Shown in pieces: positions 24,161 through 35,949 of a stretch of DNA of 64,000 bases. Under the pieces are notes generated by a model that did no database searches, was not told the DNA's origin, and worked only from the letters and a program-made list of their open reading frames with translations. The stretch is from Macrostomum lignano. Taxonomy: Eukaryota. The stretch's first letter is position 1, and each line of letters opens with the position of its first letter. The DNA lies in contig NIVC01001135.1 in the NCBI GenBank assembly GCA_002269645.1, positions 1 through 64,000 of the forward strand. Reading direction: 5' to 3'. The translations under genes and the position numbers were made by a program.

Positions 24161-25026
24161 GGCAGATCGGACAGAGGTTTCTAGACTATTTTCGGCCATA
24201 TGCTAATAATAATTCCGAAGTACAAAGCGCACTTTCGTTGAGCTTCTCTGGCCCTATGTCGGAATAAATTAATCCCGCAGGATTGATCCCTATCCGCCAG
24301 CCAGTCTCTCATATCCCATCAGCCTACCCGTATCGCTTCAGCCGGATTGGAAGTCCCTCTTTTATATTCCTGGATAATTTAATAAAGACTCCCTCTTGTG
24401 CCGGCCGCGTTGCCGGGCTGAGGGGCTCAAGGAGCCCAGGGCCCAGCTAATGGACACTCACTATGCTATTGCTAGACAGGATATTTGAGCGACGCTAGGG
24501 CTGTTGAGCCGATGTTGCTAACACAGTTTCTGATTAGCTGAGCGAGCCAGCCACCCAGTTCATCTCTGAGTGAGCAGTCAGTCAGTCAGTCAGTCTATCG
24601 ACCGCCTCTGAGAGAGAGGGAGAGAGAGACAGGGGAGCCACTGCGGCAGCCCCCTCGCCCAGTAGTCTCCAGAAGGAATTCCTATAGCGATAGGGCAAGA
24701 AGGCCTGCAGCTGTGAGCATTCGGTATCAGTGCCTGCCGGGAACTCAATCAGCCAGCGCTTCAAGGCGAGGCGCCTCTCGGCCGCATGGTGCAAGTCGCG
24801 ATTTCCCATTCCACGCTTCGCCAGCTGAGCGAATGGGCCAGAGCTGCACTAGCGAGACTGATTATTGTGCCACTTCTTGAGATGAAATTTGAGGAAAACT
24901 GGGGTCTGAGAAAAACAATAATCGCATTAAGCCTTGTGAGATGGAATTTACAGATGGTTGGCGTGGAATATGGAATGTTTATGGCGCCACTTTTTTTAGA
25001 ATTGTTCTGGTGGACTTTTGTGACAA

Positions 25027-25372
25027 TGTCTGGAAGGTGACAGGGGTGTCTGCAAGGTGACAGGGGTGTCTGGAAGGTGGCTGGGGTGTCTGAAAGGTGA
25101 CTGGGGTGTCTGGAAGGTGGCTGGGGCTTCTGGAAGGTGACAGGGGTGTCTAGAAGGTGACAGGGGTGTCTGGAAGGTGGCTGGGATGTCTGGAAGGTGA
25201 CTGGGGTGGCTGGAAGGTGACAGGGGTGTCTAGAAGGTGACAGGGGTGTCTAGAAGGTGGCTGGGGTGTCTGGAAGGTGACAGGGGTGTCTAGAAGGTGA
25301 CAGGGGTGTCTAGAAGGTGGCTGGGGTGTCTGGAAGATGACTGGGGTGTCTAGAAGGTGACAGGGGTTTCTA
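25027..25372. repeat. 20-bp minisatellite (GGAAGGTGACAGGGGTGTCT), about 17 copies
   Basis: Tandem units. Confidence 0.93.
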
Positions 25373-25408
25373 AAAGACGCCAGATCAGAGTCAATTCTGT
25401 TACAAGTA

Positions 25409-26157
25409 GGGTGATGGCAGGGTGATGGAAGGGGGCAGGGTGATGGAAGGGGGCATGGTGATGGAAGGGGGCAGGGTGATGGAAGGGGGCAGGGTGATGG
25501 AAGGGGGCATGGTGATGGAAGGGGGCATGGTGATGGAAGGGGGCAGGGTGATGGAAGGGGGCAGGGTGATGGAAGGGGGCAGGGTGATGGAAGGGGGCAT
25601 GGTGATGGAAGGGGGCATGGTGATGGAAGGGGGCAGGGTGATGGAAGGGGGCATGGTGATGGAAGGGGGCAGGGTGATGGAAGGGGGCAGGGTGATGGAA
25701 GGGGGGCAGGGTGATGGAAGGGGGCATGGTGATGGAAGGGGGGCAGGGTGATGGAAGGGGGCAGGGTGATGGAAGGGGGCAGGGTGATGGAAGGGGGCAG
25801 GGTGATGGAAGGGGGCAGGGTGATGGAAGGGGGCAGGGTGGTGGAAGGGGGCATGGTGATGGAAGGGGGCAGGGTGATGGAAGGGGGCATGGTGATGGAA
25901 GGGGGCAGGGTGATGGAAGGGGGCAGGGTGATGGAAGGGGGCAGGGTGGTGGAAGGGGGCATGGTGATGGAAGGGGGCAGGGTGATGGAAGGGGGCATGG
26001 TGATGGAAGGGGGCATGGTGATGGAAGGGGGCAGGGTGATGGAAGGGGGCAGGGTGATGGAAGGGGGCAGGGTGATGGAAGGGGCAGGGTGATGGAAGGG
26101 GGCAGGGTGATGGAAGGGGGCATGGTGATGGAAGGGGCAGGGTGATGGAAGGGGCAG
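25409..26157. repeat. 18-bp G-rich minisatellite (GGGTGATGGAAGGGGGCA), about 41 copies
   Basis: Tandem units. Confidence 0.96.
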
Positions 26158-28480
26158 GCGCACTACAGCAGCAGAGTCAGCTAAGGTTCTCAGAGCAGCT
26201 ATTGCATAAGTCATTCATCCATTGCTGTAGCCATGGAGACGGGCAGTGCCAGTGTTTCTTTAGAACAAAGTGAAGAGGATTTGCTAGCGGATTTTATTCT
26301 CTCTTTTTGTTCCTCGGTTTTTTCTCCCGCAAAGCCTGGCAGAAAAGATAAGGGCGGGATAGACTGGGGAGATGTCCGAGGGTGGTCCATTGCTGGCCGA
26401 AACCGCAAGCTTTTGTCGCGGCCGTTTTCTGCCGCAGTGGAATTATAAAAATTGCATTCTTTTCTGCCGAAAATGTTCCCGGATTAGCTACGCTTGGAGA
26501 TTTACGAGGATTAGCTGCGATAGGCCGTGCCACTAGATACTGTTGGGCTCGGAGTGGACTATAGAAAGATAGCAAAGCTCTCGACATATTGAATCGATTT
26601 TTCATTTCCATACCAGATTTCAAGTCTGTATTGTCCAGAGCAGAGTACAGTGTCAAGTGCTGAGCACTGCAGGTCAGCTTAAACATGACGCTTAGATATG
26701 AGGATGGCATAGCAATTAGCAAACTGGCTGACTTTTTTGACAGACACGGCAAACTCATCAAAATATCACGCCAATTGCTGGCAAAAGTACCGAGTAGACA
26801 CGACGCTGCACTTACCCGACTCAGCGATGGATTCCGAAGTCGGTCAGTCTCCAACTGCGCGCAGACTAGTGTTAATAATGAATGCTATCCCAGGTTGGGC
26901 TCAGCTGCTCTCTGGCAGGCAGACGGGCACAACAAGATGCGGGCCTGCAGGACAGACACACTTTTATAAGCCTCGAACAGAAAACTGCAGATGGTTTGGG
27001 AAGGAAAAATTCTTTCGAGGCTCGGTCGCGACGCAAATTTATGGGGATCTCGATGCTATGGAAGCGAAAGGGCGCAATGTTATAGTCGGGATGGGAAGGG
27101 CCAGGTTTATAAGCGAATGAGAGGGCCTTTGGCTTGCATCCCGGCTGCTTTGCACACTTTATAGTCATGCAGAGCAAGCGGCTGGTATTTGTACGCTGGG
27201 GAGACGTCAGGGGGAGAGGATGAAGGGGAGAGAGCGGCTGCTGGCTGATTCACAATTCGCCCCTCGCAATACCATAGCCCTCCGTCCGCTCCGCTCTTTC
27301 TCTCTCTCTCTCTCGCCGTCCGCTCCCATAGCAAAGCCTGTCCTGTCCCCATTCACATCCCTTTCTTCCCGATCCGCTACAACCAAGGGAGAATCATCTA
27401 TGTCAATCGGGGGGGAGGGGCGCTCAGGGCGAGATGGAGGGGCGATTGGGGAAAGCCACAACCAATCGCCTCTCAACACACAACAGCAGCGCAATGATCC
27501 TTTACTGCTCCAGCTCCGTTACTCGCATGCTCGGGTCCCCTGCTCGTGGCAGCCACCCCCCGCACCGATGTCAGAGCCATGGTCTTCTCAGGTCATGGGT
27601 GTTTTTGGTATCGCTACCTCTAGGGAAAAATCCGGTAGCGATAGGAATGCGTAATTCTGCCTCTCCGGTGTTGAGAATGCGAGCACTTTATCTGTGAATG
27701 CCCCGCCTTTACTCAGGACAGACTCACCTACCTCGGCCCAACCCGGACCTCTCCGAGGTTTTCAGGCCCAAGAACCCCTGCTAGCTCGTCCGCTACCTAA
27801 GGGCTACCGGGTGAGCGACCATCCACCTCCTGGACTCTCCGGAGGGGCACCGGATCTCCCTGAGCGACACCACAGCACCAGCTGCCCGCGGTCGCCAGGG
27901 GTTGACGGAATGGATGGCGACGCCCCTCTGCTGTGTATCCGGATGCCCGGCTGCCACCAATCTGTGTGTGTGTGTGTGGGGGGGAATAAAATCCCAGCTC
28001 ATGAAGGAGTGAGAAAGCAGAGAGCCCCAGAGCTTTCCTGGCATCGCGTGATAAATTACTGCCTCCAACCCCAGCCAAGTGGTGGGTGACGGCGAATGAT
28101 TAACTGGCATTTCATCTGGCAGCGCCGCCTCTGCCTTCTTCTCAATCTCTCTGCTTTTTTATGTGCTCCGTTTGATTTCTCTCTCCCTCTCTCGCCCTCC
28201 ATTATAGATTCTTAAGCGGTCCTTCTTTCCACTATGCCGCCTTGGCACAGCCAGACGGCTGTCTCCACTGAATCTACTCGCTTGCTCACTGCAAGTCGGA
28301 TAGAAAACCGATTATCCGAAATCATTCTTTTCTGGGAAATTCCGTCTTAGCGGCTTTGGACTCTGGCGGCAAAACTGACAGTGGATAAATAGGAAGCAGA
28401 TTGCATGATTTACTGCCAAGTGTGATAACAGGGGGTGGGAGTGTTTGAAACTGGGGTTTTTGGCTACGTTTGTTAAGCCT

Positions 28481-28887
28481 ATTTTGGCGCCATTCATCTG
28501 CTTTGGCGCCTTTGGATCTATTTTGTCGCCATTGGCCTATTTTGGCGCTTTTGGGTCTTCTTTGGCGCCATTGGATGTATTTTGGCGCCACTGGGCCTAT
28601 TTTAGCGCCATTGGATCTATTTCGGCGCCATTGGCCTATTTTGGCGCTTTTGGGTCTATTTTGGCGTCATTGAATCTTTTTGGCGCCATTGGATGTACTT
28701 TGGCGCCACTGGGCCTATTTTGGCGTCATTGGTTCTATTTTGGCGTCATTGAATCTTTTTTGGCGCCATTGGATCAATTTTGGCACCATTGGATCTATTT
28801 TAGCGCCATTGATCTGCTTTGGCGCCATTTAGTCTATTTTAGCACCATTGGTTCCATTTCGGCACTAATGAGTCCATTTTTGCGCCA
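28481..28887. repeat. Degenerate 20-21-bp minisatellite (TTTTGGCGCCATTGGATCTA)
   Basis: Recurrent TTTTGGCGCCATTG. Confidence 0.88.
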
Positions 28888-29362
28888 ATGAGTTTATGAT
28901 AGCATTTCTCCTCCGCAGGTCAGGACAGGAACTTGCGCGACTCCCCAACTCATGTAGATCGATTCGATTGGAACTCGACGCTCGACAGGAAGAAGTGCAC
29001 CCTGCATTGAGCGCATGACGCTGATGTACAACTAGCATGCAGCAGTCAGTGGCTCTGCCATAGTATACAGTGCATGCCTAATCCCCCCGGCGGCTCAAAA
29101 TTGGGCAATAAATTCTGAGCTGAACTTTCAGCTGCTGGGGTTTGGCAAACTGCCAACCGTTTCTTTTCAAAAAGACACACATTTTTTGTGGGCGCAGGGA
29201 CAGAGTCAGCTGATATAAAATATAGGGGCTCAGTTGAACTGCTTCATTTGTTTAACTCCAGTCTGAATTCATGCGCAACTTAAGTGCATCCAGTTGAAGC
29301 TACACGCAATTTTTTGTTTTGTTCACATTTTTTCTAACGCATTCTTCTTGCCCGAGATTGCT

Positions 29363-31066
29363 AGTGTCAGTGATGTCAGTGTCAGTGATGTCAGAGTGTC
29401 AGTGATGTCAGTGTCAGTGATGTCAGTGTCAGTGATGTCAGAGTGTCAGTGATGTCAGTGTCAGTGATGTCAGTGTCAGTGATGTCAGTGTCAGTGATGT
29501 CAGTGTCAGTGATGTCAGTGTCAGTGATGTCAGTGTCAGTGATGTCAGTGTCAGTGATGTCAGTGTCAGTGATGTCAGTGTCAGTGATGTCAGTGTCAGT
29601 GATGTCAGTGTCAGTGATGTCAGTGTCAGTGATGTCAGTGTCAGTGATGTCAGTGTCAGTGATGTCAGTGTCAGTGATGTCAATGTCAGTGATGTCAGTG
29701 TCAGTGATGTCAGTGTCAGTGATGTCAGTGTCAGTGATGTCAGTGTCAGTGATGTCAGTGTCAGTGATGTCAGTGTCAGTGATGTCAGTGTCAGTGATGT
29801 CAGTGTCAGTGATGTCAGTGTCAGTGATGTCAGTGTCAGTGATGTCAGTGTCAGTGATGTCAGTGTCAGTGATGTCAGTGTCAGTGATGTCAGTGTCAGT
29901 GATGCCAGTGTTGTCAGTGATGTCAGTGTTAGTGATGTCAGTGTCAGTGATGTCAGTGTTAGTGATGTCAGTGTCAGTGATGTCAGTGTGAATGATGTCA
30001 GTGTCAGTGTCAGTGATGTCAGTGTCAGTGTCAGTGATGTCAGTGTCAGTGTCAGTGATTTCAGTGTGAATGATGTCAGTGTCAGTGATGTCAGTGTCAG
30101 TGTCAGTGATTTCAGTGTGAGTGATGCCAGTGTCAGTGATGTCAGTGTCAGTGTCAGTGATGTCAGTGATATCAGTGTCAGTGATGTCAGTGATATCAGT
30201 GTCAGTGATGTCAGTGTCAGTGATGTCAGTGTCAGTGATGCCAGTGTTGTCAGTGATGTCAGTGTTAGTGATGTCAGTGTCAGTGATGTCAGTGTGAATG
30301 ATGTCAGTGTCAGTGTCAGTGATGTCAGTGTCAGTGATGTCAGTGTCAGTGATGTCAGTGTCAGTGATGTCAGTGTCAGTGATGTCAGTGTCAGTGATGT
30401 CAGTGTCAGTGTCAGTGATGCCAGTGATATCAGTGTCAGTGATGTCAGTGTCAGTGTCAGTGATGTCAGTGTCAGTGTCAGTGATGTCAGTGTCAGTGTC
30501 AGTGATGTCAGTGTCAGTGTCAGTGATTTCAGTGTCAGTGTCAGTGATGTCAGTGTCAGTGTCAGTGATGCCAGTGATATCAGTGTCAGTGATGTCAGTG
30601 TCAGTGTCAGTGATGTCAGTGTCAGTGTCAGTGATGTCAGTGTCAGTGTCAGTGATGTCAGTGTCAGTGTCAGTCATGTCAGTGTCAGTGTCAGTGATGT
30701 CGGTGTCAGTGATGTCAGTGTCAGTGATGTCAGTGTCAGTGATGTCAGAGTGTCAGTGATGTCAGTGTCAGTGATGTCAGTGTCATTGATGTCAGTGTCA
30801 GTGATGTCAGTGTCAGTGATGTCAGAGTGTCAGTCATGTCAGTGTCAGTGATTTCAGAGTGTCAGTGATGTCAGTGTGAGTGATGCCAGTGTCAGTGATG
30901 TCAGTGTCAGCGATGTCATTGTCAGTGATGTCAGAGTGTCAGTGATTTCAGTGTGAGTGATGCCAGTGTCAGTGATGTCAGTGTCAGCGATGTCATTGTC
31001 AGTGATGTCAGAGTGTCAGTGATTTCAGTGTGAGTGATGCCAGTGTCAGTGATGTCAGTGTCAGCG
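29363..31066. repeat. 15-bp-based minisatellite (GTCAGTGATGTCAGT) built from 6- and 9-bp subunits
   Basis: Tandem units; source of the TDTDI and SVM ORFs. Confidence 0.97.
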
Positions 31067-31309
31067 TCTGCAGTCTAAAGAATCGACGTCACGTATACCA
31101 AATGCCTAAGACTATTGTCGTAAATTTTTGCCTCTCATGCAGCCAGCAGCGTTTTCACTGCATATTCTTGAAAGTAGTATGGGTAGTCTGAAAAATGATA
31201 GGAATGTAAGGATAAAATACTAGCGTACGAGTAGAGCAGAAATACTCATTTAAGTGCGCAGTGTACGGCCTTATTTAGCTTCGTACAACAGTAGTACCTG
31301 TGCATTCTC

Positions 31310-31324
31310 GTTGCCAATAGCAAC
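31310..31324. promoter_or_regulatory. RFX X-box GTTGCCAATAGCAAC upstream of TTC26
   Basis: Matches GTNRCC-N(0-3)-RGYAAC; about 400 bp upstream of the ATG of a known ciliary (IFT-B) gene. Confidence 0.7.
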
Positions 31325-31706
31325 CCAATGAACGCTAGTTTGTTTCTTTCGCGCCTTTCTGTCCCGCACAGCCACTCTGCACTCGCGTCCGCAGTTGGCC
31401 GGGCGGGACAGGAGGGCAGGGGGCTGCGCCGAGTGCAGTGAGATGAGCGGCTGGGGAGAGAGAGGCAGGCCAGGTAAATTCTCTTACCCCTCTCCCCCCG
31501 GAGGCCCGAGGAAGCCCCCGCGACCCAGCCCCGCCACCCCAACTCCGAGACAAGCTTTGCTCAATCCAAAGCTCTCACCCCCTCTCTGCGCGGCGCGAAT
31601 TCAAATTGGCATTCCAGCAGCAAAAACGCGGCGACGTTCCAAACTTCTCTGCAGAGCTGAGACCCTAACGAAAGTTTCTCAAGCACAGGTCCTTAACAAC
31701 AAGCAG

Positions 31707-33380
31707 ATGCTGCTTCAGCGAGCGAAGCCGGCAACGCAGCAGGCGGCCGGTGCTGGCCGAGTGGAGGCGGCCAAGAAGGAGCCGCCGAAGCTGGATCAAT
31801 TTCTGGACAATCGCGACTTCACCGGCGCAATCACGCTGCTGGAGTTCGAGCGGAACTCCAGCGAGGACAAGAAGAAGAGCACGGAGGAGCAGGACTCTTG
31901 GATTGCTTACTGCGCGTTTCACCTCGGCGATTACAAGCGAGCCGCCGAGGAGTACGAAAAGATGACTAAGAAAAAGAACTGCAACCCGGACGTGTGGGTG
32001 TTCCTCGGCTGCTGCTACTTCATGCTCGGCATGTACAAAGAGGCCGACGAGGCGGCGCAGAAGGGGCCGAAGAGCCGCCTGCAGAACCGGCTGCTGTTTC
32101 ACGTGTCGCACAAGTTCGGCAACGAGGCCCGACTGATGGGCTACCACCAGCAGCTGCAGGACAAGGAGGAGGACCAGCTGTGCCTGGCCTCAATTCATTA
32201 CCTGCGCAACCACTACCAGGAGGCCATCGACATCTACAAGCGCATCCTGCTGGACAACAGGGACTACCTGGCGCTGAATGTCTACGTGGCCCTGTGCTAC
32301 TACAAGCTTGATTACTACGACGTTAGCCAGGAGGTGCTGGCAGTGTACCTGCAGCACTATCCTGACAGCGTCACCGCCATCAACTTGAAAGCCTGCAACC
32401 ATTTCAGGCTGTACAATGGCAAAGGCGCCGAGGCGGAGCTCAAACAGCTGCAGGAGATTGCCTCGCCGAATTTCGCGTATGCTCGAGATCTCATTAAGCA
32501 CAACCTGGTTGTGTTCCGCGGCGGCGAAGGCGCACTGCAGGTGCTGCCGCCGCTGATTGACGCGCTGCCGGAAGCGAGGCTCAACCTGGTGATCTTCTAC
32601 CTGCGCCAGGACGACATTCAAAACGCGTACGAGCTGATGAAAGACGTGGACCCGACATCGCCGAATGAGTACACCCTCAAGGGCGTGGTGAACGCAGCCC
32701 TGGGCCAGGAGCAGGGATCTCGAGAGCACTTGAAGATTGCTCAGCAATACTTTCAGCTCGTTGGAGGCTCAGCCTCTGAGTGCGACACGATTCCGGGCAG
32801 GCAGTGCATGTCCAGCTGCTTCTTCCTGCTGCGCCAGTTCGATGACGTTCTTATCTACCTGAACTCCATCAAGAGCTACTTCTACAACGACGACACCTTC
32901 AATTTTAACTATGCTCAAGCCAAGGCTTCGGTCGGACACTTCAAGGAGGCTGAGGAAATTTTCCTTCTGATTCAGAACGAGCGCCTTCGTCAGGACTACG
33001 TGTACCTGAGCTGGCTGGCTCGCTGCTACATCATGAACCAGAAGGCCCGGCTGGCTTGGGAGCTCTACCTGAAGATGGAGACCTCCACTGAGTCGTTTAG
33101 TCTTCTTCAGCTAATCGCCAACGACTGCTACCGCATGGGTCAGTTCTACTACGCTGCCAAGGCGTTCGACGTCCTTGAGCGGCTGGACCCGAACCCGGAG
33201 TACTGGGAGGGCAAGCGAGGCGCCTGCGTCGGCGTCTTCCAGATGATCCTAGCTGGCAAGGAGTCCAAGGAGCGGATACGCGAGGTGCTGCAGATATTAC
33301 GCAACACTAGCAATCCTCAGACTGAGTACATCATCAAGGCGATGCGAACGTGGGCCAGTCGAGAGAATGTGCCCGTGTGA
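31707..33380 (+). CDS. TTC26: Intraflagellar transport protein 56 (TTC26/IFT56), TPR protein, single exon, 557 aa
   Basis: MLLQRAKPA...[23 protein letters not shown]...[15 protein letters not shown]...[19 protein letters not shown] matches TTC26 along its length. The start is placed at 31707 because TTC26 begins MxLSRAKPA; the preceding 104 codons of the ORF are non-conserved. Confidence 0.96.
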   Translation: MLLQRAKPATQQAAGAGRVEAAKKEPPKLDQFLDNRDFTGAITLLEFERNSSEDKKKSTEEQDSWIAYCAFHLGDYKRAAEEYEKMTKKKNCNPDVWVFLGCCYFMLGMYKEADEAAQKGPKSRLQNRLLFHVSHKFGNEARLMGYHQQLQDKEEDQLCLASIHYLRNHYQEAIDIYKRILLDNRDYLALNVYVALCYYKLDYYDVSQEVLAVYLQHYPDSVTAINLKACNHFRLYNGKGAEAELKQLQEIASPNFAYARDLIKHNLVVFRGGEGALQVLPPLIDALPEARLNLVIFYLRQDDIQNAYELMKDVDPTSPNEYTLKGVVNAALGQEQGSREHLKIAQQYFQLVGGSASECDTIPGRQCMSSCFFLLRQFDDVLIYLNSIKSYFYNDDTFNFNYAQAKASVGHFKEAEEIFLLIQNERLRQDYVYLSWLARCYIMNQKARLAWELYLKMETSTESFSLLQLIANDCYRMGQFYYAAKAFDVLERLDPNPEYWEGKRGACVGVFQMILAGKESKERIREVLQILRNTSNPQTEYIIKAMRTWASRENVPV

Positions 33381-34577
33381 GCTGACTGGCTGGATGCTCC
33401 TCTTTTCACTGAGTCGAGCCTATACAATTACAATAAGACTAAATCTGTCCCTCATTTGATACTTTGCTTTCTATTAATTAATATTTGTTTGATCTTGAAG
33501 ATTTAAGGTAAAAATAAGCGCGACTTCTAAGTCCGTGACTATATAATATTTCTCCATGCCCCCACAATAAAATTAATTGCCTTAGTTTTTTATCGCTAGA
33601 ATATCAACGTAAGCTCGTACTTTTAAGCTCGTAAGAGCATGCAAGAGACAAATACGCTACTTTGATTGAATGAATTCAAGGATTTTTGTTAGCAATCAGG
33701 GCTTCATCAAAAAGACTGCATGGGGTGCAACGGCAGCCTGCAGGGAACGATTTTCATTGTGCATCTTTGGATACTTTCCGGGCTGACTACCCAAGAAATT
33801 CAGAAAACTGTACATACACACAACTTGCAGTGTAACTGCATGCAAATATATTGAATAATTGGTCATACAGAAAATACGCAGTCTTTATTGCCTACGCATA
33901 TGTAGATCTTTCGATTTGAATTGGTATAAGCGAAGAGGCCAACAAGAAGTTTTTATTGAAATAGCCAAATGAAGCTTCTTACATGCATTCAAAATGTGTG
34001 ACACGTACTGACAATTAAGGCGCAGAAGAGAAAGACATTTGATGGCCGTAATTCTAGTATAAAGTATATGTAATGTACGAGCTTACCTCCACCTTGTCCG
34101 GCGGACCTTGTACCTTGTCCGGCAGCAACAAGGTCTGACTGTTTGGCTTGGTGGGAGCGTCGGTGTGATGTGAATCCTGATACTCATCGTAGCTTTGGGC
34201 GCATAAGCATCTTCCTATCAGACCTTCAGGCGATTTGGAGATGCATACATGAATTTAGGGCTAGGGTCTGTCTGTTGTATAACCAATTATACAACAATCA
34301 ATCAAATGTTGCACGAAAACTTTCCAAACTTACTCTCCGAGAGACTGCAGAGAGAGATACATATGTAGATTATAGATAGAGATAGAATCAGGGGCGGATT
34401 TAAGGGGGCAAACCGCACCCACACCCCAGTGGCTGGCGATGATGGCGCGTTGGCGCCCCTTTTCCTTTGGACTAAAAAAGGCCCTCTGCAACCACCCTAA
34501 TTTTGCTCAGTGTGGCGCCCCTCTAGTGTATAATGGCGTCCGTCTCGTCTATACAATCTATATTATGGTGGCGCCCC

Positions 34578-35171
34578 GGGGGGGGGGGGCGTAGCCCAGC
34601 GGTAGCGCAGCTGCTCTGGTGTGCCAGCGACCCAGGCTCGATTCCAAGTGCAGTCACATTAATTTGGGGCTGAATTGGAATCTCGGCTTGGCTCTGCTCG
34701 TGCAATTAACGGCCTTGAGAGCCAACCCCCCAAGGCGCAGTGCAGGGGCGTAGCCAGAGGGGGGGCAAGGGGGCCGTGGCCCCCCCCCCCAATCACCAAC
34801 TCTGGCCTTGGCGCCCCCCCCCCCTAAAAGAAACTGGCGCCCCCCCCCCTATAAGAAACTGGCGCTCCCCCCCTAAAAGAAACTGGCGCCCCCCTATAAG
34901 AAGCTGGCGCCCCCTAACTCACGGCCCCCCCCCCAATCAAAATTCCTGGCTACGCCCCTGGCGCAGTGAAGTGTACATGCCTAACGATAATATAAAGTTA
35001 GGGCCGCTGTACACTCCTGTGTGAGTGTGTGCCTGCGTACGTATCCGCGCGCTTGTATGCCTGCTCAGGGGAGTCGGCGGAATGGGCAGTAATGCCTCTC
35101 GCCGGTTGCGTGCCCATGTCGCTTAAAGTGGGCCAGGGTGCACACAACCCCCCTGCCTCTAATAAAAAAAA
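34578..35171 (+). mobile_element. tRNA-headed SINE copy 2 with poly-A tail and 13-bp TSD
   Basis: TSD ATGGTGGCGCCCC at 34565-34577 and 35172-35184; A-box-like GTAGCCCAGCGGT; B-box-like GGCTCGATTCC; tail AATAAAAAAAA. Confidence 0.85.
34743..34960. mobile_element. hAT-type MITE (218 bp) nested in SINE copy 2
   Basis: Perfect 15-bp TIR CAGGGGCGTAGCCAG / CTGGCTACGCCCCTG and 8-bp TSD GCGCAGTG (34735-34742, 34961-34968). Confidence 0.9.
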
Positions 35172-35949
35172 ATGGTGGCGCCCCTCTCGTCTATATTATG
35201 GCATCCCTCTCGTGTATATTATGGCGCGCCCTAAACTATGGTTAAAATCAACCCCCTCATTTTATATTTATAAATCCGCGGTCTGGAGTGTTTGATCTCA
35301 TGCTTATCATAGAAAATATTAATACTATTAATTTTAAATAGCGGTGAGCTATTCCTGTAAAAAATTGCCGTGCCAACTTCCTGTTTGTAGTTTGATTTTT
35401 GGTAAACTTAATTCCCTCATCGAAAATTTTGTGGATCGGCTCTTGTTTTATTTTTCTCTTAGCTAATTGTGTCAATAAAGCTAACATGCATTACACAAGA
35501 ATACCACTATCCGCTAAAGGCCGGCATATTATTTGAAAAAGGTGTCTATCTAGGTTCTGCGTTGTTATACTTTTTTAAATGCACGCCGCGGATTCGTGAA
35601 CTAATGAAGCTGTTATGACTGGCCGTATGGACTATGGAGGGTTTTTCGAGATTTAAAAGATTGTACGTTGTCCTTTAACTCTTATTATTTTATTTAAGTT
35701 AGGCCCTAACCTTGATTAGGTAAACTAAAGAGATAGTCATGATTTTTTCTTGAGTAATATCTTTATATAGTAGGGGCAAAGTAGCTTAGACCTTGTGACA
35801 ATAATATTAATTAATAATAATATTAATATAAAAAGTTAATAAAGAAGAATTAAAAAAGTTTAAATTATAAATATAAAGGCCTTATTCATTGCCTTTGCAT
35901 TAGCCCTACATAGGCCTAGTGAACTTTTCTGATAGAGTTCTTAAAATTT

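Larger units (their letters stand above)
34389..35285. mobile_element. Outer MITE-like element hosting SINE copy 2
   Basis: Imperfect terminal inverted repeats CAGGGGCGGATTTA ... TAAATCCGCGGTCTG; no clear TSD. Confidence 0.55.

Noticed and set aside
28919-29010. Orphan plus-strand exon after CTCCGCAG
   Set aside because: Two frames are equally plausible, the same site can be read as a donor (CAG|GTCAGG), and no partner exons were found.
29391-30851. TDTDI- and SV-rich 'mucin/antifreeze-like' ORFs
   Set aside because: Pure 15-bp satellite, open on both strands, with no unique N- or C-terminus.
31395-31706. N-terminal 104 aa of the 661-aa ORF
   Set aside because: Non-conserved and promoter-like; the homologous TTC26 start is at 31707.
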